Notes: generated by a model from the letters alone, not told the origin. Counted from the stretch's first letter, positions 19,748-29,558 are shown. The stretch: DNA of 64,000 nucleotides from Deltaproteobacteria bacterium (GCA_020059605.1 JAGVBT010000012.1:5431-69430); one strand, 5' to 3'. A program made the numbers and translations.

Positions 19748-19909
19748 ATGGTGTTATACGACGAACTTCGCTATATTCTCGACCCGAAGGATGTATATGG
19801 CCCCGATTTCCCCGGCGAAACCTTCCGTGTCCTCAAAGAAAAGGAGGAAAAGCAATACGGCGGATACCGCACCCGCCGTTTGGTTTTGGAAGCATGGGAT
19901 AATTATTAG
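19748..19909 (+). pseudogene. C-terminal remnant of an Eco57I/DrmMI-type restriction-modification methylase
   Basis: Translates DELRYILDPKDVYGPDFPGETFRVLKEKEEKQYGGYRTRRLVLEAWD*; not in the ORF track. Confidence 0.7.
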
Positions 19910-20135
19910 GGCAATGCATAAATCTGACGGTGTTCGATAGAACTGCTGTGAAAGCAGTCACTCTAAAAGAAAAGCATGGGGATAGAGATAGATGCCTGAA
20001 TAGAAAGGGGTAAGATATTAATTATGTTGATAAATACGTAGGAATTCTGTAAACTGCAAAAAGGGACAGATTGTGGTACTTTTTGCAACTGGAAGATTCA
20101 ATAGCTTTGAGCCTGTTGATTTAAAGGTGATGGGT

Positions 20136-20213
20136 ATGAGGTACAATATACTGGCCGATTTTGTTGCAGATTTACAGAGCAAGGGGCGATATACATTTAG
20201 TCATTACCATTAG
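20136..20213 (+). pseudogene. N-terminal remnant of an AbiEi-type type IV antitoxin
   Basis: MRYNILADFVADLQSKGRYTFS after AAGGTGAT RBS, then stops at the island edge. Confidence 0.5.
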
Positions 20214-20761
20214 AACGATAAAGCTGAAGTGACGGCGTGGCAACGGCAGGCCGTGCTGATCAGAATGAGGCGGTCGGAAGAGCCTGCCTTTTTTATTTCC
20301 CTCACTTTTTTCAATAAATCTTCAGATAAATATCCTCCTATTCCTAATCTCAGCTGCTTGCTCCGGATGACCTTCGATTCAAAAGGACCGCGTAAATCTT
20401 CGAGGATCTTATAAAGAGATTTCCCCCGCTTCCCTCTTGTAACAGTGCAATATCGAGCGGGTTCCGGGCAATCCTCCGGGCAGAGGAAATCGGCAATACT
20501 TGCGTAGAGGTCTCCTCCTTTGCCTCTCATGGGGTTAGGTAATCCTGTGAAGTCAGGGACCTTCTCCCTTTTTCCACCCAATGGTTTTAATTGAGAGAGA
20601 ATAAATTGGAAAGCGAAATGGAAAGGCACTGCAGGAATGATATAGTCAAATAGAGGTCTTTTTGATAAAGATCGGTTTAAAAATAACCGCCCATCACAGA
20701 GGGCAGTTTCTACTGGAAGATGAGAGAATATTTGAAGGAGTCCTTTTTTCTTAGCGACCAT
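20210..20761 (-). pseudogene. 5'-truncated paralogue of the Cys-rich NAD-binding protein at 21650
   Basis: Shares IPAVPFH, DFLCPEDC.EP..C.VT and STACRCH but lacks the N-terminal GCGRFG Rossmann motif. Confidence 0.6.
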
Positions 20762-20832
20762 TGCGATCGATTCCAATGCTGCTTCAGAGAGGATTGTCTC
20801 AGGTTCATTAGAAAATGATTCCTCGAAGAGGC

Positions 20833-21597
20833 TCAACGAAGAGAAAAACGCCAGGCACAGTGCCAACCGGGCTGGGGAGGATCGGGAGGACATCCTATAC
20901 ATTCGGTCTGAATGCGTGAATCGACGGTCTCCGCAAACGTGCGATATTCAATAATACTGCCAGACTTGCATGGATAGTTTTCCAATCCTTTAAGCTGTCG
21001 GGAGGTCTGGACGCGGCACTCGATCATTCGAAAAACAAAAGAACCTGTTTTTTCTTCCACGATATCCTGTTTGTTGATGCGTGCATATAAACGGAATTGA
21101 AGCGCCGTTTTGAGAGCCTCCAATCCTCCTTGCTCCGGCAGGCCCAATAGAGTTTTGATGCGGTAGGCTTCATAGGGTGAAAACCGGGTCCAGCAGGTAT
21201 CATTGCATCGTTTCGCATCAAACATACCAAATTTATTTTCAATAGCCTGAAACCAGACGCCATCATTGGCCAACCAATTGAGGCAGAGGGCGTCCAGGAG
21301 TTCCTCCAGTTGTTTTTCCTCCATCCGGTAGAGAACCGCCGGCAGTCCATCCTGCAATTCAATGTTGAGGATTTTTGCAAATCGCTTTGCCTGGATTGCA
21401 AAGCTCGTTTCTGCCACCTCTTTTTCTATCTCGAGGGCAGCCTTCATTCCGAACTGGTGTTCCACCTCCTTGAGCCAATAGCCATAATGGACCATGGTCC
21501 GGCGGAGCGCATCTGCCATCCAACGGATTAAAAACTCTTTATTCGGTTTCGGCGAATTTCCCTCGGGCCGATCGAGTTCATTTTTTTCACCTTTCAT
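20833..21597 (-). CDS. DUF6125-family protein
   Basis: WLANDGVWFQAIE, AKRCND.CW, CRVQ, YPCKS, CIGCPPD, CAW.F. Confidence 0.75.
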   Translation of the reverse strand: MKGEKNELDRPEGNSPKPNKEFLIRWMADALRRTMVHYGYWLKEVEHQFGMKAALEIEKEVAETSFAIQAKRFAKILNIELQDGLPAVLYRMEEKQLEELLDALCLNWLANDGVWFQAIENKFGMFDAKRCNDTCWTRFSPYEAYRIKTLLGLPEQGGLEALKTALQFRLYARINKQDIVEEKTGSFVFRMIECRVQTSRQLKGLENYPCKSGSIIEYRTFAETVDSRIQTECIGCPPDPPQPGWHCAWRFSLR

Positions 21598-21649
21598 ATC
21601 TCTTGACTCCTCCCGTCTGAAATTTGCTCATCGGAATAGATTCCTCCGG

Positions 21650-22297
21650 CTAAAACGATAAGGCCGAGGTGACCCCGTGGCAGCGGCAGGCCGTGCTGAC
21701 CAGAATGAGGCGGTCGCTATTTTTTTTCTTCTTCAATTCCTTCGTCAGGTTGATCAACCTCTCAAAGCGGAATCCTCCCACCCCCTGTCCCAATTGAAGG
21801 CTGCGGATCACTTTTGATTCAAATGGACCCTCCAGGTTCATCAACACCCTGAAGAGAGGTTCGGAACGGTGCTCGCCGGTCACGGAACAATGAAGGGGCT
21901 CGGAACAGTCTTCGGGACAAAGGAAATCGGCGAAACTCGTATAGAGGTCGCCCGTTCGGCCCACCGAGGGATTGGGCAACCCATGGAGAGGGGGAATCTC
22001 GCCCCTTGTCGCTCCCAGGGGTTTGAGCTGTGAAAGAATAAATTCAAAGGCCAGGTGAAACGGGACCGCGGGAATGACCTGATCGACCCCTTGATCCTCG
22101 GATAAAATGTGACGCAGGTAGGCAATGCCATCGCATGCCTTGGTCAAGACCGGAAGGTGAGCCACCCTCCGGAGCGCCCTCTTGCTTTGATCGACGACGA
22201 TGATCTTCGAATGCGGATTCTTTTGGAAGAGTGTTGCCGCCGCCCGGCTCCCGAAACGGCCGCATCCGGTCACAAGGTAGGTCAGGGTCGGCTTCAA
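21650..22297 (-). CDS. Hypothetical protein: TrkA-N-like NAD-binding start plus Cys-rich C-terminal domain
   Basis: YLVTGCGRFG..IIVVD; CPEDC.EP..C and TACRCHG. Confidence 0.65.
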   Translation of the reverse strand: MKPTLTYLVTGCGRFGSRAAATLFQKNPHSKIIVVDQSKRALRRVAHLPVLTKACDGIAYLRHILSEDQGVDQVIPAVPFHLAFEFILSQLKPLGATRGEIPPLHGLPNPSVGRTGDLYTSFADFLCPEDCSEPLHCSVTGEHRSEPLFRVLMNLEGPFESKVIRSLQLGQGVGGFRFERLINLTKELKKKKNSDRLILVSTACRCHGVTSALSF

Positions 22298-23373
22298 CTC
22301 GATCTCCTTCCTTTATCAAGTAACAAACGTTTCAGAATATTCGCCGCGATTCGATAGGTCCGGTCTATTCCATCTCCAGGCAAGGCCTGTCCTGCTTTCC
22401 GTGGATTCATCTCCGACAGGTCCATGCCGGCCAAACGGATGCCGCGTGAGAGGATGCCTCTCAGGGCCTCCACCCATTGATAGATCTGCGCCTCGTTGAG
22501 TCCCTGGCGTTCAAGAAACCTGACGCCTTCCACGGCATTGCGGGCCCCGATGTCCATATCGATAGAAATGTAGACATAAGGGGTTTTGATTCCGCCCAGC
22601 GCATGTTTGGCCTTTGAGGGCGAGATCACCAGATCCTGCTTGGTCAAAAGGGTCACGCCTTTTTTCTTTAATTCGGAAAAGACGCGGACATGGCTCTCGA
22701 CCCTCGGATCCTTGCTCCGGAAGGCGCTTTTGGGGGGATAATCGCCGACGCCGAGGATATAGAGATGATGCGGGTGGATGATTCCCCTGGCCAGAAGCTC
22801 CTGCAGAAAGGAAGAGGCATTGTAAGAGTCGGGCCGATCATAGAGAAACGGGTCGTTCCGGTCATAAAGGGTATCGGGGTTGGAATCGATATCGTAATGG
22901 ATGATGCCGGACAAGACCGACATCGGCAATGCATCGGTATGGCTGTCGAGAACGATCAGAGAAATCGTTTCGGGCTTGTAGAGTTCCGTTAGTTTTTTAA
23001 AGGCCCCGCCGGTGAGGGAGTGATCCACCGAAAGCATGCAGGGGATGTCGGGAAAGATGCGATCGGCGATCCAATCTCCCACCCTCTGGGCATAGGATTC
23101 AAACCCTCCACGGTCGACAAAATCGACGAAGGCCTCCGTATGAATCCTTCCTGCATCGGCCAGGGGGGGGATCGGGCGAAGCCAGGAGGGAAGTTCCATG
23201 GACCCGAGTTCGGCCCAGCCTTCGGGGTCCGTCTCCCGGCGGAGGATCTCCATCACCCCCTCATAAGGATCCTCCGGCCCTTCATGAGATCCCATCCTCC
23301 AGCGTTTTTCTTCGATCGATTCATGCCGCTCATCCGCATCGAGGGAGCAACCGAAGAAGATGATCTTTTTCAT
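22294..23373 (-). CDS. Arginase/ureohydrolase-superfamily protein
   Basis: VDHS, LDSHTD, ISIDMD and DLSEMNP metal-site motifs. Confidence 0.78.
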   Translation of the reverse strand: MKKIIFFGCSLDADERHESIEEKRWRMGSHEGPEDPYEGVMEILRRETDPEGWAELGSMELPSWLRPIPPLADAGRIHTEAFVDFVDRGGFESYAQRVGDWIADRIFPDIPCMLSVDHSLTGGAFKKLTELYKPETISLIVLDSHTDALPMSVLSGIIHYDIDSNPDTLYDRNDPFLYDRPDSYNASSFLQELLARGIIHPHHLYILGVGDYPPKSAFRSKDPRVESHVRVFSELKKKGVTLLTKQDLVISPSKAKHALGGIKTPYVYISIDMDIGARNAVEGVRFLERQGLNEAQIYQWVEALRGILSRGIRLAGMDLSEMNPRKAGQALPGDGIDRTYRIAANILKRLLLDKGRRSS

Positions 23374-24392
23374 TGAAAAAAATCGTCTCTTGCTTTTTTA
23401 AGCTGCAGGATGTTCTCAAGAGGGGAGCGGGGGGCGATCCCGCAACCGGGGCAGAGAAAGTCTGTCCCGTTTTCGAGGGACTTGATCGCCTCCTGATAGA
23501 CCTCTTCGGGCGTGCCGCTGAACAGGGTGGTGGCCGTTGCCACATTTCCGAACACCTTCACCCCCTTCGCATGGGCAATTTCAACCGCCCGCTTGAGATC
23601 CGCTTTTTCTTCAATACTGATTCCCGCAACGCCGGTTTCGCACATCATCTCGATAATCGAATCGGTGTTCGCGCAGATATGGAGGACGACCGGCCCCCTC
23701 ACCTTGTCGACGATCTCCTTTTCATGGGGCAATACAAATTTTTCATAGAGCCTCGGACTCAATAAGGCAGGCCCGGAGGTCGGTTCGGCGTAAACATAAT
23801 AGTCCGCCCCATGATCAAAGGCGAAGTTGGCTGCCGCAATCGCTGCCTCCTTGGTCACTTCCAACACCTTCAAAACAGCGTCTGGTTTTTTCATACACCA
23901 TTTCATAAACTGTTCCGTTCCAACCAGGTTGGCCGCACAGGTAAAGGCCCCTTCGGATTCTCCGAACATCACGAGCTCTTCCCCCACCTTTTGCTTGAGA
24001 AGTCTTAAGTTCTCTTTGTAGACGGGGAATCTGCCCCTTTCGAGGAAGTTGGAAGGGAAGGCGAGCTGATCCACTCCCTCTGCATAGGGATGACCTTTCA
24101 CCGAGTACTGCAGATCGATTTTTGGAGTTCCCAATTCACATCCAAAGGCTTCGCTCAGGGGCAAGATGTCCCATCCCATGGCCTTCACCCATTCGAATCC
24201 GCCGTATTGATACCCTGCGTAGGCAAGCCCGGTCATGGCGACGGGGTCCGTATCGGCAAGAGGCCTTTCATAACCACATTTTGTCATGAAATCCACCACC
24301 CCATAAGTGGTGGTACAACCCACAGGAGTTCGATCCACTTCTTTTCCCGTCAGTCGATTCATAAATCTCTCTTTGAGTGTCATCGCCGCCAT
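23370..24392 (-). CDS. MtaA/CmuA-family (UroD-fold) corrinoid methyltransferase
   Basis: EAFGC, AEPTSGP.LLSP, LHIC...PGCG Zn ligands. Confidence 0.88.
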   Translation of the reverse strand: MAAMTLKERFMNRLTGKEVDRTPVGCTTTYGVVDFMTKCGYERPLADTDPVAMTGLAYAGYQYGGFEWVKAMGWDILPLSEAFGCELGTPKIDLQYSVKGHPYAEGVDQLAFPSNFLERGRFPVYKENLRLLKQKVGEELVMFGESEGAFTCAANLVGTEQFMKWCMKKPDAVLKVLEVTKEAAIAAANFAFDHGADYYVYAEPTSGPALLSPRLYEKFVLPHEKEIVDKVRGPVVLHICANTDSIIEMMCETGVAGISIEEKADLKRAVEIAHAKGVKVFGNVATATTLFSGTPEEVYQEAIKSLENGTDFLCPGCGIAPRSPLENILQLKKARDDFFQ

Positions 24393-24478
24393 CTTTTTCC
24401 TCCTTTGATCTCAAGGATTTTCCATTTCCATTCCTTCATATCACAAAAACGATGAAGGGTGCAAGGAGATATCGACCT

Positions 24479-24886
24479 TCAACGAAATGGATTTTCAACC
24501 CAATTGCCTTTAAATGTTTGGATATGCTTTAATGCATCCTCTTTCTTAGCAAAGACATGAATCCGATTCTTCACATGGGGAACGGTGACCACCTCACTTT
24601 CTACAAAAAATGCCCCTAAGGCATTGATTTTGTTTCCGGATGGTTCATCGACCACCCTCACCTCCCTAATTTGTTTCTTGAGTGCTGAAAAACTCATAGA
24701 GGCGCATACGAGGGAACAGTATTTCTTCTCTGAGCCATCTTGAAGAGAAAAATAGACGGCATACAGCGGCTGGACGTGGAATCCATCATAGTCACAACGA
24801 TCCTCAGACGTTCTGTTTTTACAGCCAGCGATTAGGATGGGGATGAGGGCGATGATCAAGAGGATCCATTCTCTTTTTTGTTTCAT
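24479..24886 (-). CDS. NosL-family lipoprotein
   Basis: IAGC lipobox; CDYDG, YCSLVC, AFFVES, IHVFAKKEDA..G. Confidence 0.7.
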   Translation of the reverse strand: MKQKREWILLIIALIPILIAGCKNRTSEDRCDYDGFHVQPLYAVYFSLQDGSEKKYCSLVCASMSFSALKKQIREVRVVDEPSGNKINALGAFFVESEVVTVPHVKNRIHVFAKKEDALKHIQTFKGNWVENPFR

Positions 24887-24887
24887 C

Positions 24888-25889
24888 CTAACTCACCAGC
24901 CCATGGATGAGAAGCATCATCAACGAAGCCGATAAAAAGAAAAGAGCAAATAAATAAATCTTTTTCAAAAAGACGGGTAATAAATGGATGCCTTCTCCCT
25001 GCCTCCCGAAGAGATCTGTTGTGAATCCCCATCCCACGGAGAATGTCCCCAGAATAAAAAGCAAGTACAGGACGATGCTTACCGGCACATATTGCCAGAG
25101 ACAATAGAGGCAGTGGTGAAAGGGAAGACGCATCATGGCCGGGGCAAAGACCTCTATTTGAGATAAAATGAAGAGGACGGCATTCAGGATTGAAAGGAGA
25201 AAGAGGAAGCCCAAGATCGGCCGGCGAAATATTTTAAACTTCAGGTTTGCGCCGATGAACCCGATCAGGGCAAGGTGGGAGATGAAAAAGAGGATCCGGA
25301 GCGATTGAGCATAATCCGGGCCGAAGACGGATTCCGGGGTTGTCCGGGTCGGCCGGCTGGAGATATCCGTGACCGTAGTGCAACAGGATACGAGCGAGTC
25401 CGGCACAATCCCGATCATCAGGAGGATATCTCCCATGGAATCGATTAACACCAAGAGCGAGATGAAGGATAGTAGCAGTAATTTCCTCTTCATCAAAGGG
25501 GAGGTCTTGGTCGCCCTATCGAGGACGTGAAGAATAAACCATCCTCCGATGAGGAAGAAGTTGATCGGCTTAAGGAACTCTAAAAAACGGGTAAGACCCA
25601 CCTTTACCTGGGTCACACCGAAGATGCACATCGCCCCTTCAATGTCCGGGATGAAACTCTGAAGGGTAACGTAGAAAAGGGGCCAGTTGATCAGCCTGAT
25701 GATCAGCACAATGGCCATTATTAAAAGAACCAAATAGGAATGATCTTCTAAGGAAGTCTTCTCTTCAGGCTTGAAAGGCCTTCCCCACTTTTTGTATAGG
25801 ATAAAAGATGAAATTCCTCCCCATAGGGCCAAGAGGGCTGAAAGAAAACCGATAAAGATCAGGGTGATGCTAAGGGCATTTAAAATCAT
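24888..25889 (-). CDS. Cys-motif integral membrane protein
   Basis: About 8 TM segments with GAMCIFG, VSCCT and HHCLYC motifs. Confidence 0.7.
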   Translation of the reverse strand: MILNALSITLIFIGFLSALLALWGGISSFILYKKWGRPFKPEEKTSLEDHSYLVLLIMAIVLIIRLINWPLFYVTLQSFIPDIEGAMCIFGVTQVKVGLTRFLEFLKPINFFLIGGWFILHVLDRATKTSPLMKRKLLLLSFISLLVLIDSMGDILLMIGIVPDSLVSCCTTVTDISSRPTRTTPESVFGPDYAQSLRILFFISHLALIGFIGANLKFKIFRRPILGFLFLLSILNAVLFILSQIEVFAPAMMRLPFHHCLYCLWQYVPVSIVLYLLFILGTFSVGWGFTTDLFGRQGEGIHLLPVFLKKIYLFALFFLSASLMMLLIHGLVS

Positions 25890-26574
25890 TTGGATTCTCT
25901 ATATCGATCAGCTTCCCATCCTTTAAGAGGAACATGGTTTCGCTATAATCGAGGAAGACGGGATCGTGACTGGAGACGATGATCGTCTTTCCCTTCCCCT
26001 TAAGATCCATGAGAATGCCCAGGAGGGTTTTTATCGATTTGGCATCGATGTTGGAGGTGGGTTCATCGGCCATCACAATGTCCGGATCATTGATTAAAGC
26101 CCTGGCAATGGCGACCCTCTGCTGTTCCCCTCCGCTCATCTGTTCCGGAGGATGATCGATTCTCTTCTCCAATCTCAATTGGGTGAGCATCTCCACTGAT
26201 CGTCGGCGTCTTTCCTTTTCCATCACCCCCAAGGGAATCAAGGGGAAAGAAACATTTTCCCAGGCGGGCAGGCGGGGTAAAAGGTTAAAATTCTGGAAAA
26301 TCAAGCCGATCCTCTTTTGCCGGAGCCGGGAGAGCCCGACATCGGAATATTTCGAAACGTCTTCTCCGAAGAGAAAGATAAAGCCCTCTGTCGGACGATC
26401 GATTGTGCTGATCACATTGAGCAGGGTGGTTTTCCCTGAACCGGAGGGGCCTCGCAAAAGGACAAATCGGTTCTTGAAGATTTCGAGGTCGATCTGATGT
26501 AAGGCCCGAACTTCTTCGGGTTTTCCCCGGTAATATACTTTATCCACTTTCTCTGTTCGGATGATGGTTTCCAT
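25870..26574 (-). CDS. ABC ATP-binding protein (LolD/MacB type)
   Basis: GPSGSGKTT, MSGGEQQRVAIARAL, ADEPT; start 26574 coupled to the permease stop. Confidence 0.92.
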   Translation of the reverse strand: METIIRTEKVDKVYYRGKPEEVRALHQIDLEIFKNRFVLLRGPSGSGKTTLLNVISTIDRPTEGFIFLFGEDVSKYSDVGLSRLRQKRIGLIFQNFNLLPRLPAWENVSFPLIPLGVMEKERRRRSVEMLTQLRLEKRIDHPPEQMSGGEQQRVAIARALINDPDIVMADEPTSNIDAKSIKTLLGILMDLKGKGKTIIVSSHDPVFLDYSETMFLLKDGKLIDIENPNDFKCP

Positions 26575-27722
26575 CAGCGCATCGCCTCCGCAGGGGGCAC
26601 GGCCGCCGTTCTCCACGTCGAGTAAAGGCTTCCCACCATCGTTAGAATCACCGCAAAAAGGAAGGCCAAAATGGATGGAAGAGGGAGAAAGCGCGATGGG
26701 ATCGGGAATGGCGCCATCAAGCCGATCTCTGCAATAAAAAACTGAGCGATCCATGCCCCATTCAACCATTTCAACCAGACCATTGACATGAGGATAGCCA
26801 GCGGAGCGCTTGTGAGGCTAATGACAAGATTTTCTATCGCCACCATCTCCATGACCTCTTGAGTTTGCCAGCCTGTTGCTTTGAGGACACCGATCTCTTT
26901 CTTCCTCTCGGTCTGCCCGAACCCGGAGATGACCAGAAGGGCAGGGATGGCGAGGGCAAAGGCAACCGTGTAGAGGGCGGTAAATACGCCGGCCTTATAA
27001 TTGAAGCCCCTTTGAAAATATCTCTTGACCAGTGCTTTATCCTGGACCCTCAAGGGAGGGTCCCATCCCGCCTCCTGGATCTCTTTCGCCAGGACAGATC
27101 CATATCCCGGTCTTGTATAGACCAGAATGTCCGTTGCCTTTCCTTTCATTTTGAAGAATTCGCCGGCATCGTCGAAAGCCATCAAGATCAGATTGGAGCT
27201 CCATATCGTTGCATCCGCATCAAAAATGCCCATCACCTTCAATAGCTTGGATGGATTGATCGAAAGGGAGAAGCGAACTCCGGGCTGCAGGCCGAATTCC
27301 TGCGCCAAACCTTTCCCAACCATGACTTCCCCTTTCTCAAGAAACGTTCTTCCCCGGGCAAGATGAATTGATTTGGGCAGATTTTCAGGGAGAATTCCGA
27401 CGATCGTTGCCAACCGGTTGACAAAATAAGCCCTGCCAACAATGCGGGGAAAAACGCTTACCACCCCTTCCATTTTTCTAAAACGATCGAGGTAGTCAAG
27501 GGGAATAGGTCCGTTGCTTCCAAAGTAGTCCGAGGTGACATAGATATCGGCCCCTTCCTCCACGGAGAGAAGGGACTGGAATTTAATCCCTTCAGAGATT
27601 GAAATGGCTGTAATCCAGGGGAAGAGGACGGCCATCAGGCAGAGGATGAGCAAGATAGTCCGGACCTTATTTCGAAGGATATTCGCCGTTGCCGTAAAAA
27701 GAAGATTAAGGTGTCGACTCAT
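26574..27722 (-). CDS. FtsX/LolC-type ABC permease
   Basis: TM1, periplasmic domain, ERKKEIGVLKATGW, C-terminal PAEAMR. Confidence 0.9.
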   Translation of the reverse strand: MSRHLNLLFTATANILRNKVRTILLILCLMAVLFPWITAISISEGIKFQSLLSVEEGADIYVTSDYFGSNGPIPLDYLDRFRKMEGVVSVFPRIVGRAYFVNRLATIVGILPENLPKSIHLARGRTFLEKGEVMVGKGLAQEFGLQPGVRFSLSINPSKLLKVMGIFDADATIWSSNLILMAFDDAGEFFKMKGKATDILVYTRPGYGSVLAKEIQEAGWDPPLRVQDKALVKRYFQRGFNYKAGVFTALYTVAFALAIPALLVISGFGQTERKKEIGVLKATGWQTQEVMEMVAIENLVISLTSAPLAILMSMVWLKWLNGAWIAQFFIAEIGLMAPFPIPSRFLPLPSILAFLFAVILTMVGSLYSTWRTAAVPPAEAMR

Positions 27723-27723
27723 A

Positions 27724-28125
27724 TCACCTGTTTGATTTCCCTTCATTTTTCTCCTCTCCCCTCGGTTGCGAGTCGTACCGACTGGGGGGAGAGGGTTGGG
27801 GTGAGGGGGAAATAAATAATTGATTTACCGGGATCTCCTCAAAGTAGGAAACGGTTGCCGTCCGGTCCGGGCTGTAAGAATAGCCCCCTGGAATAGGCCA
27901 TAGCGTGGAATCATCAACCGATTGGATACGAGGATCAAAATTGATAAAGTTCCAGATGGGAGAACTGATGGCTCCCATTCCCAGCCCTCCGACCATTTTT
28001 TGGAAGGCGACCATTTGGTCCGAACGGATCCCCTTCCACGAATACTGATCCCATGCCATGGCCAGGATGGTTAAGCAGACCAGAACTATTAGAAAAAGCA
28101 AGTAGAATCGGATTTTTTTGCCCAT
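27724..28125 (-). CDS. Hypothetical membrane-anchored protein
   Basis: N-terminal TM; FQKMVGGLGMGA..P.W.F..FDPR core; C-terminal tail encoded by a REP-like repeat. Confidence 0.6.
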   Translation of the reverse strand: MGKKIRFYLLFLIVLVCLTILAMAWDQYSWKGIRSDQMVAFQKMVGGLGMGAISSPIWNFINFDPRIQSVDDSTLWPIPGGYSYSPDRTATVSYFEEIPVNQLFISPSPQPSPPSRYDSQPRGEEKNEGKSNR

Positions 28126-28132
28126 CTTTTTT

Positions 28133-28246
28133 TAATGACCAAATTTCAAGCACCAATAACCAAATAAATTCCAATGACCAATACCCAATTTTAAAATTGA
28201 TTTATTGGTTATTATTTGTCCCGCCTTGGCGGGATTGGGATTTGAC
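28133..28246. repeat. Short-period (ACCAAT-like) repeat with inverted partner and embedded CCCGCC/GGCGGG palindrome
   Basis: aatgaccaa..caccaataaccaa..ccaatgaccaatacccaa mirrored by ttggttatt..ttgggatttg. Confidence 0.55.
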
Positions 28247-28678
28247 TTATTTCATCTGCTCTTTCCAGATTTCCAAGGCCTCTTGATAGGTGACCACTTT
28301 TCCACCGAAGCCCTTCTGGAATTTTTCGGCATTGGTCCTTGTCACAAAGGAGATGAACCCCGGAGCCATGTCCGTGATGGCCGTGCTCTTATAGACATAG
28401 AACCCCTTTTGCGCATCGAAAGAGCGGTTGCTCAGGAGATCCGAGGCGGTCGCAGATTTGAATTTATTTTTCAGGCGCAAGTGGAGGGTGAGGCCGCATT
28501 GAACGCCGCAGGTGACAAATTCCTCGCCCTCGGTTGTCGCCACGACGTATCTCGTATGGGGATATTTTGACACATCCATTCCGCAAACAATGCACCGCTT
28601 GATCTCTCCGCTTGATGGGGATACGAATGCGAGGACACATATCAGATAAAAGATCGATCTATAAATTTTTTTTCTCAT
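28247..28678 (-). CDS. NosL-family protein
   Basis: Signal peptide; CIVCGM, TCGVQC, AEKFQKGFGG. Confidence 0.8.
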   Translation of the reverse strand: MRKKIYRSIFYLICVLAFVSPSSGEIKRCIVCGMDVSKYPHTRYVVATTEGEEFVTCGVQCGLTLHLRLKNKFKSATASDLLSNRSFDAQKGFYVYKSTAITDMAPGFISFVTRTNAEKFQKGFGGKVVTYQEALEIWKEQMK

Positions 28679-28794
28679 TTTAGCCCTCCCCTGATTAATA
28701 CGAACGTAATAAATATTTTGTAGTGCAGGGGCTTGTCCCCCTTTATTGGCGCCCATAAAGGGCTACACTACGTAAAAAATTTAATACGTTTGTG

Positions 28795-29541
28795 TCATTT
28801 CATCGGCCTCAGGCTCCAGATATAGAGGGTGATAGAATGAAGGTCCTTTTCATCGATTTTTCCTTCATACCCGTGCATGTTCGGGACTCCCTTTGTAATC
28901 GCCTCTTTGATTTTGACCCGGTTGTCCATCCGTTTGATAAATCCCGGGGAATCCCATCCTGACGCGGACCTGCCTTTTCCTTCTTCTCCATGGCATTGAT
29001 AACACCCATGTTTTCCTGCCAAATCCTTACCCATTTTAACCCTTTCAGCCACCCTGGCCATGATCATCTTTCTATCCGATCCCATATCAGAGAGGGTTCG
29101 GTTTAAGGCATCGTCGAAGTTGCCGATCGTTCCCCCATGTTTCTTTTGATATCTCTGCACATCTTCTCTTGACAAAAAGGCAATCTTGCCGATGGCCGTC
29201 ATCACCCCTGGAATGTCGCTTCCAATGAGCCAGTGGGCCTTTCTGGCATCGATCCATCCTTTCGTTTCGTAATCCACGACCTCCCATCGATCGATCTCTG
29301 CGGGTCTCTTCTCATAGAATTGAGCGGCGCAAAAGATGCTGCATGTCTGGTCTTTCTTGCCATCAGAATAAGTGAGACGGTTACTCGTCTGATGATACAT
29401 TTTGAGATTCATCCCGCACAGGGGACACCATTGGGGTTCCTCCTTGGCTTCGATATTGAAGGAGACGACATGAAAGATGAGGATTCCAATGATCATGAAA
29501 CCTGAAACGTTTGGCCAGCAGAGTTTCCTTTTTTTTCTCAT
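28795..29541 (-). CDS. NosL domain fused to monohaem cytochrome c
   Basis: CPLCGM, CSIFC, GSDIPGVM (NosL) then CYQCH...MHGY (cytochrome c). Confidence 0.8.
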   Translation of the reverse strand: MRKKRKLCWPNVSGFMIIGILIFHVVSFNIEAKEEPQWCPLCGMNLKMYHQTSNRLTYSDGKKDQTCSIFCAAQFYEKRPAEIDRWEVVDYETKGWIDARKAHWLIGSDIPGVMTAIGKIAFLSREDVQRYQKKHGGTIGNFDDALNRTLSDMGSDRKMIMARVAERVKMGKDLAGKHGCYQCHGEEGKGRSASGWDSPGFIKRMDNRVKIKEAITKGVPNMHGYEGKIDEKDLHSITLYIWSLRPMK

Positions 29542-29558
29542 TTTTGTTCCCCCCTTCG

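Noticed and set aside
24479-29541. Nitrous oxide reductase (nos) cluster
   Set aside because: NosL-like genes only; no nosZ, nosD or nosR here.
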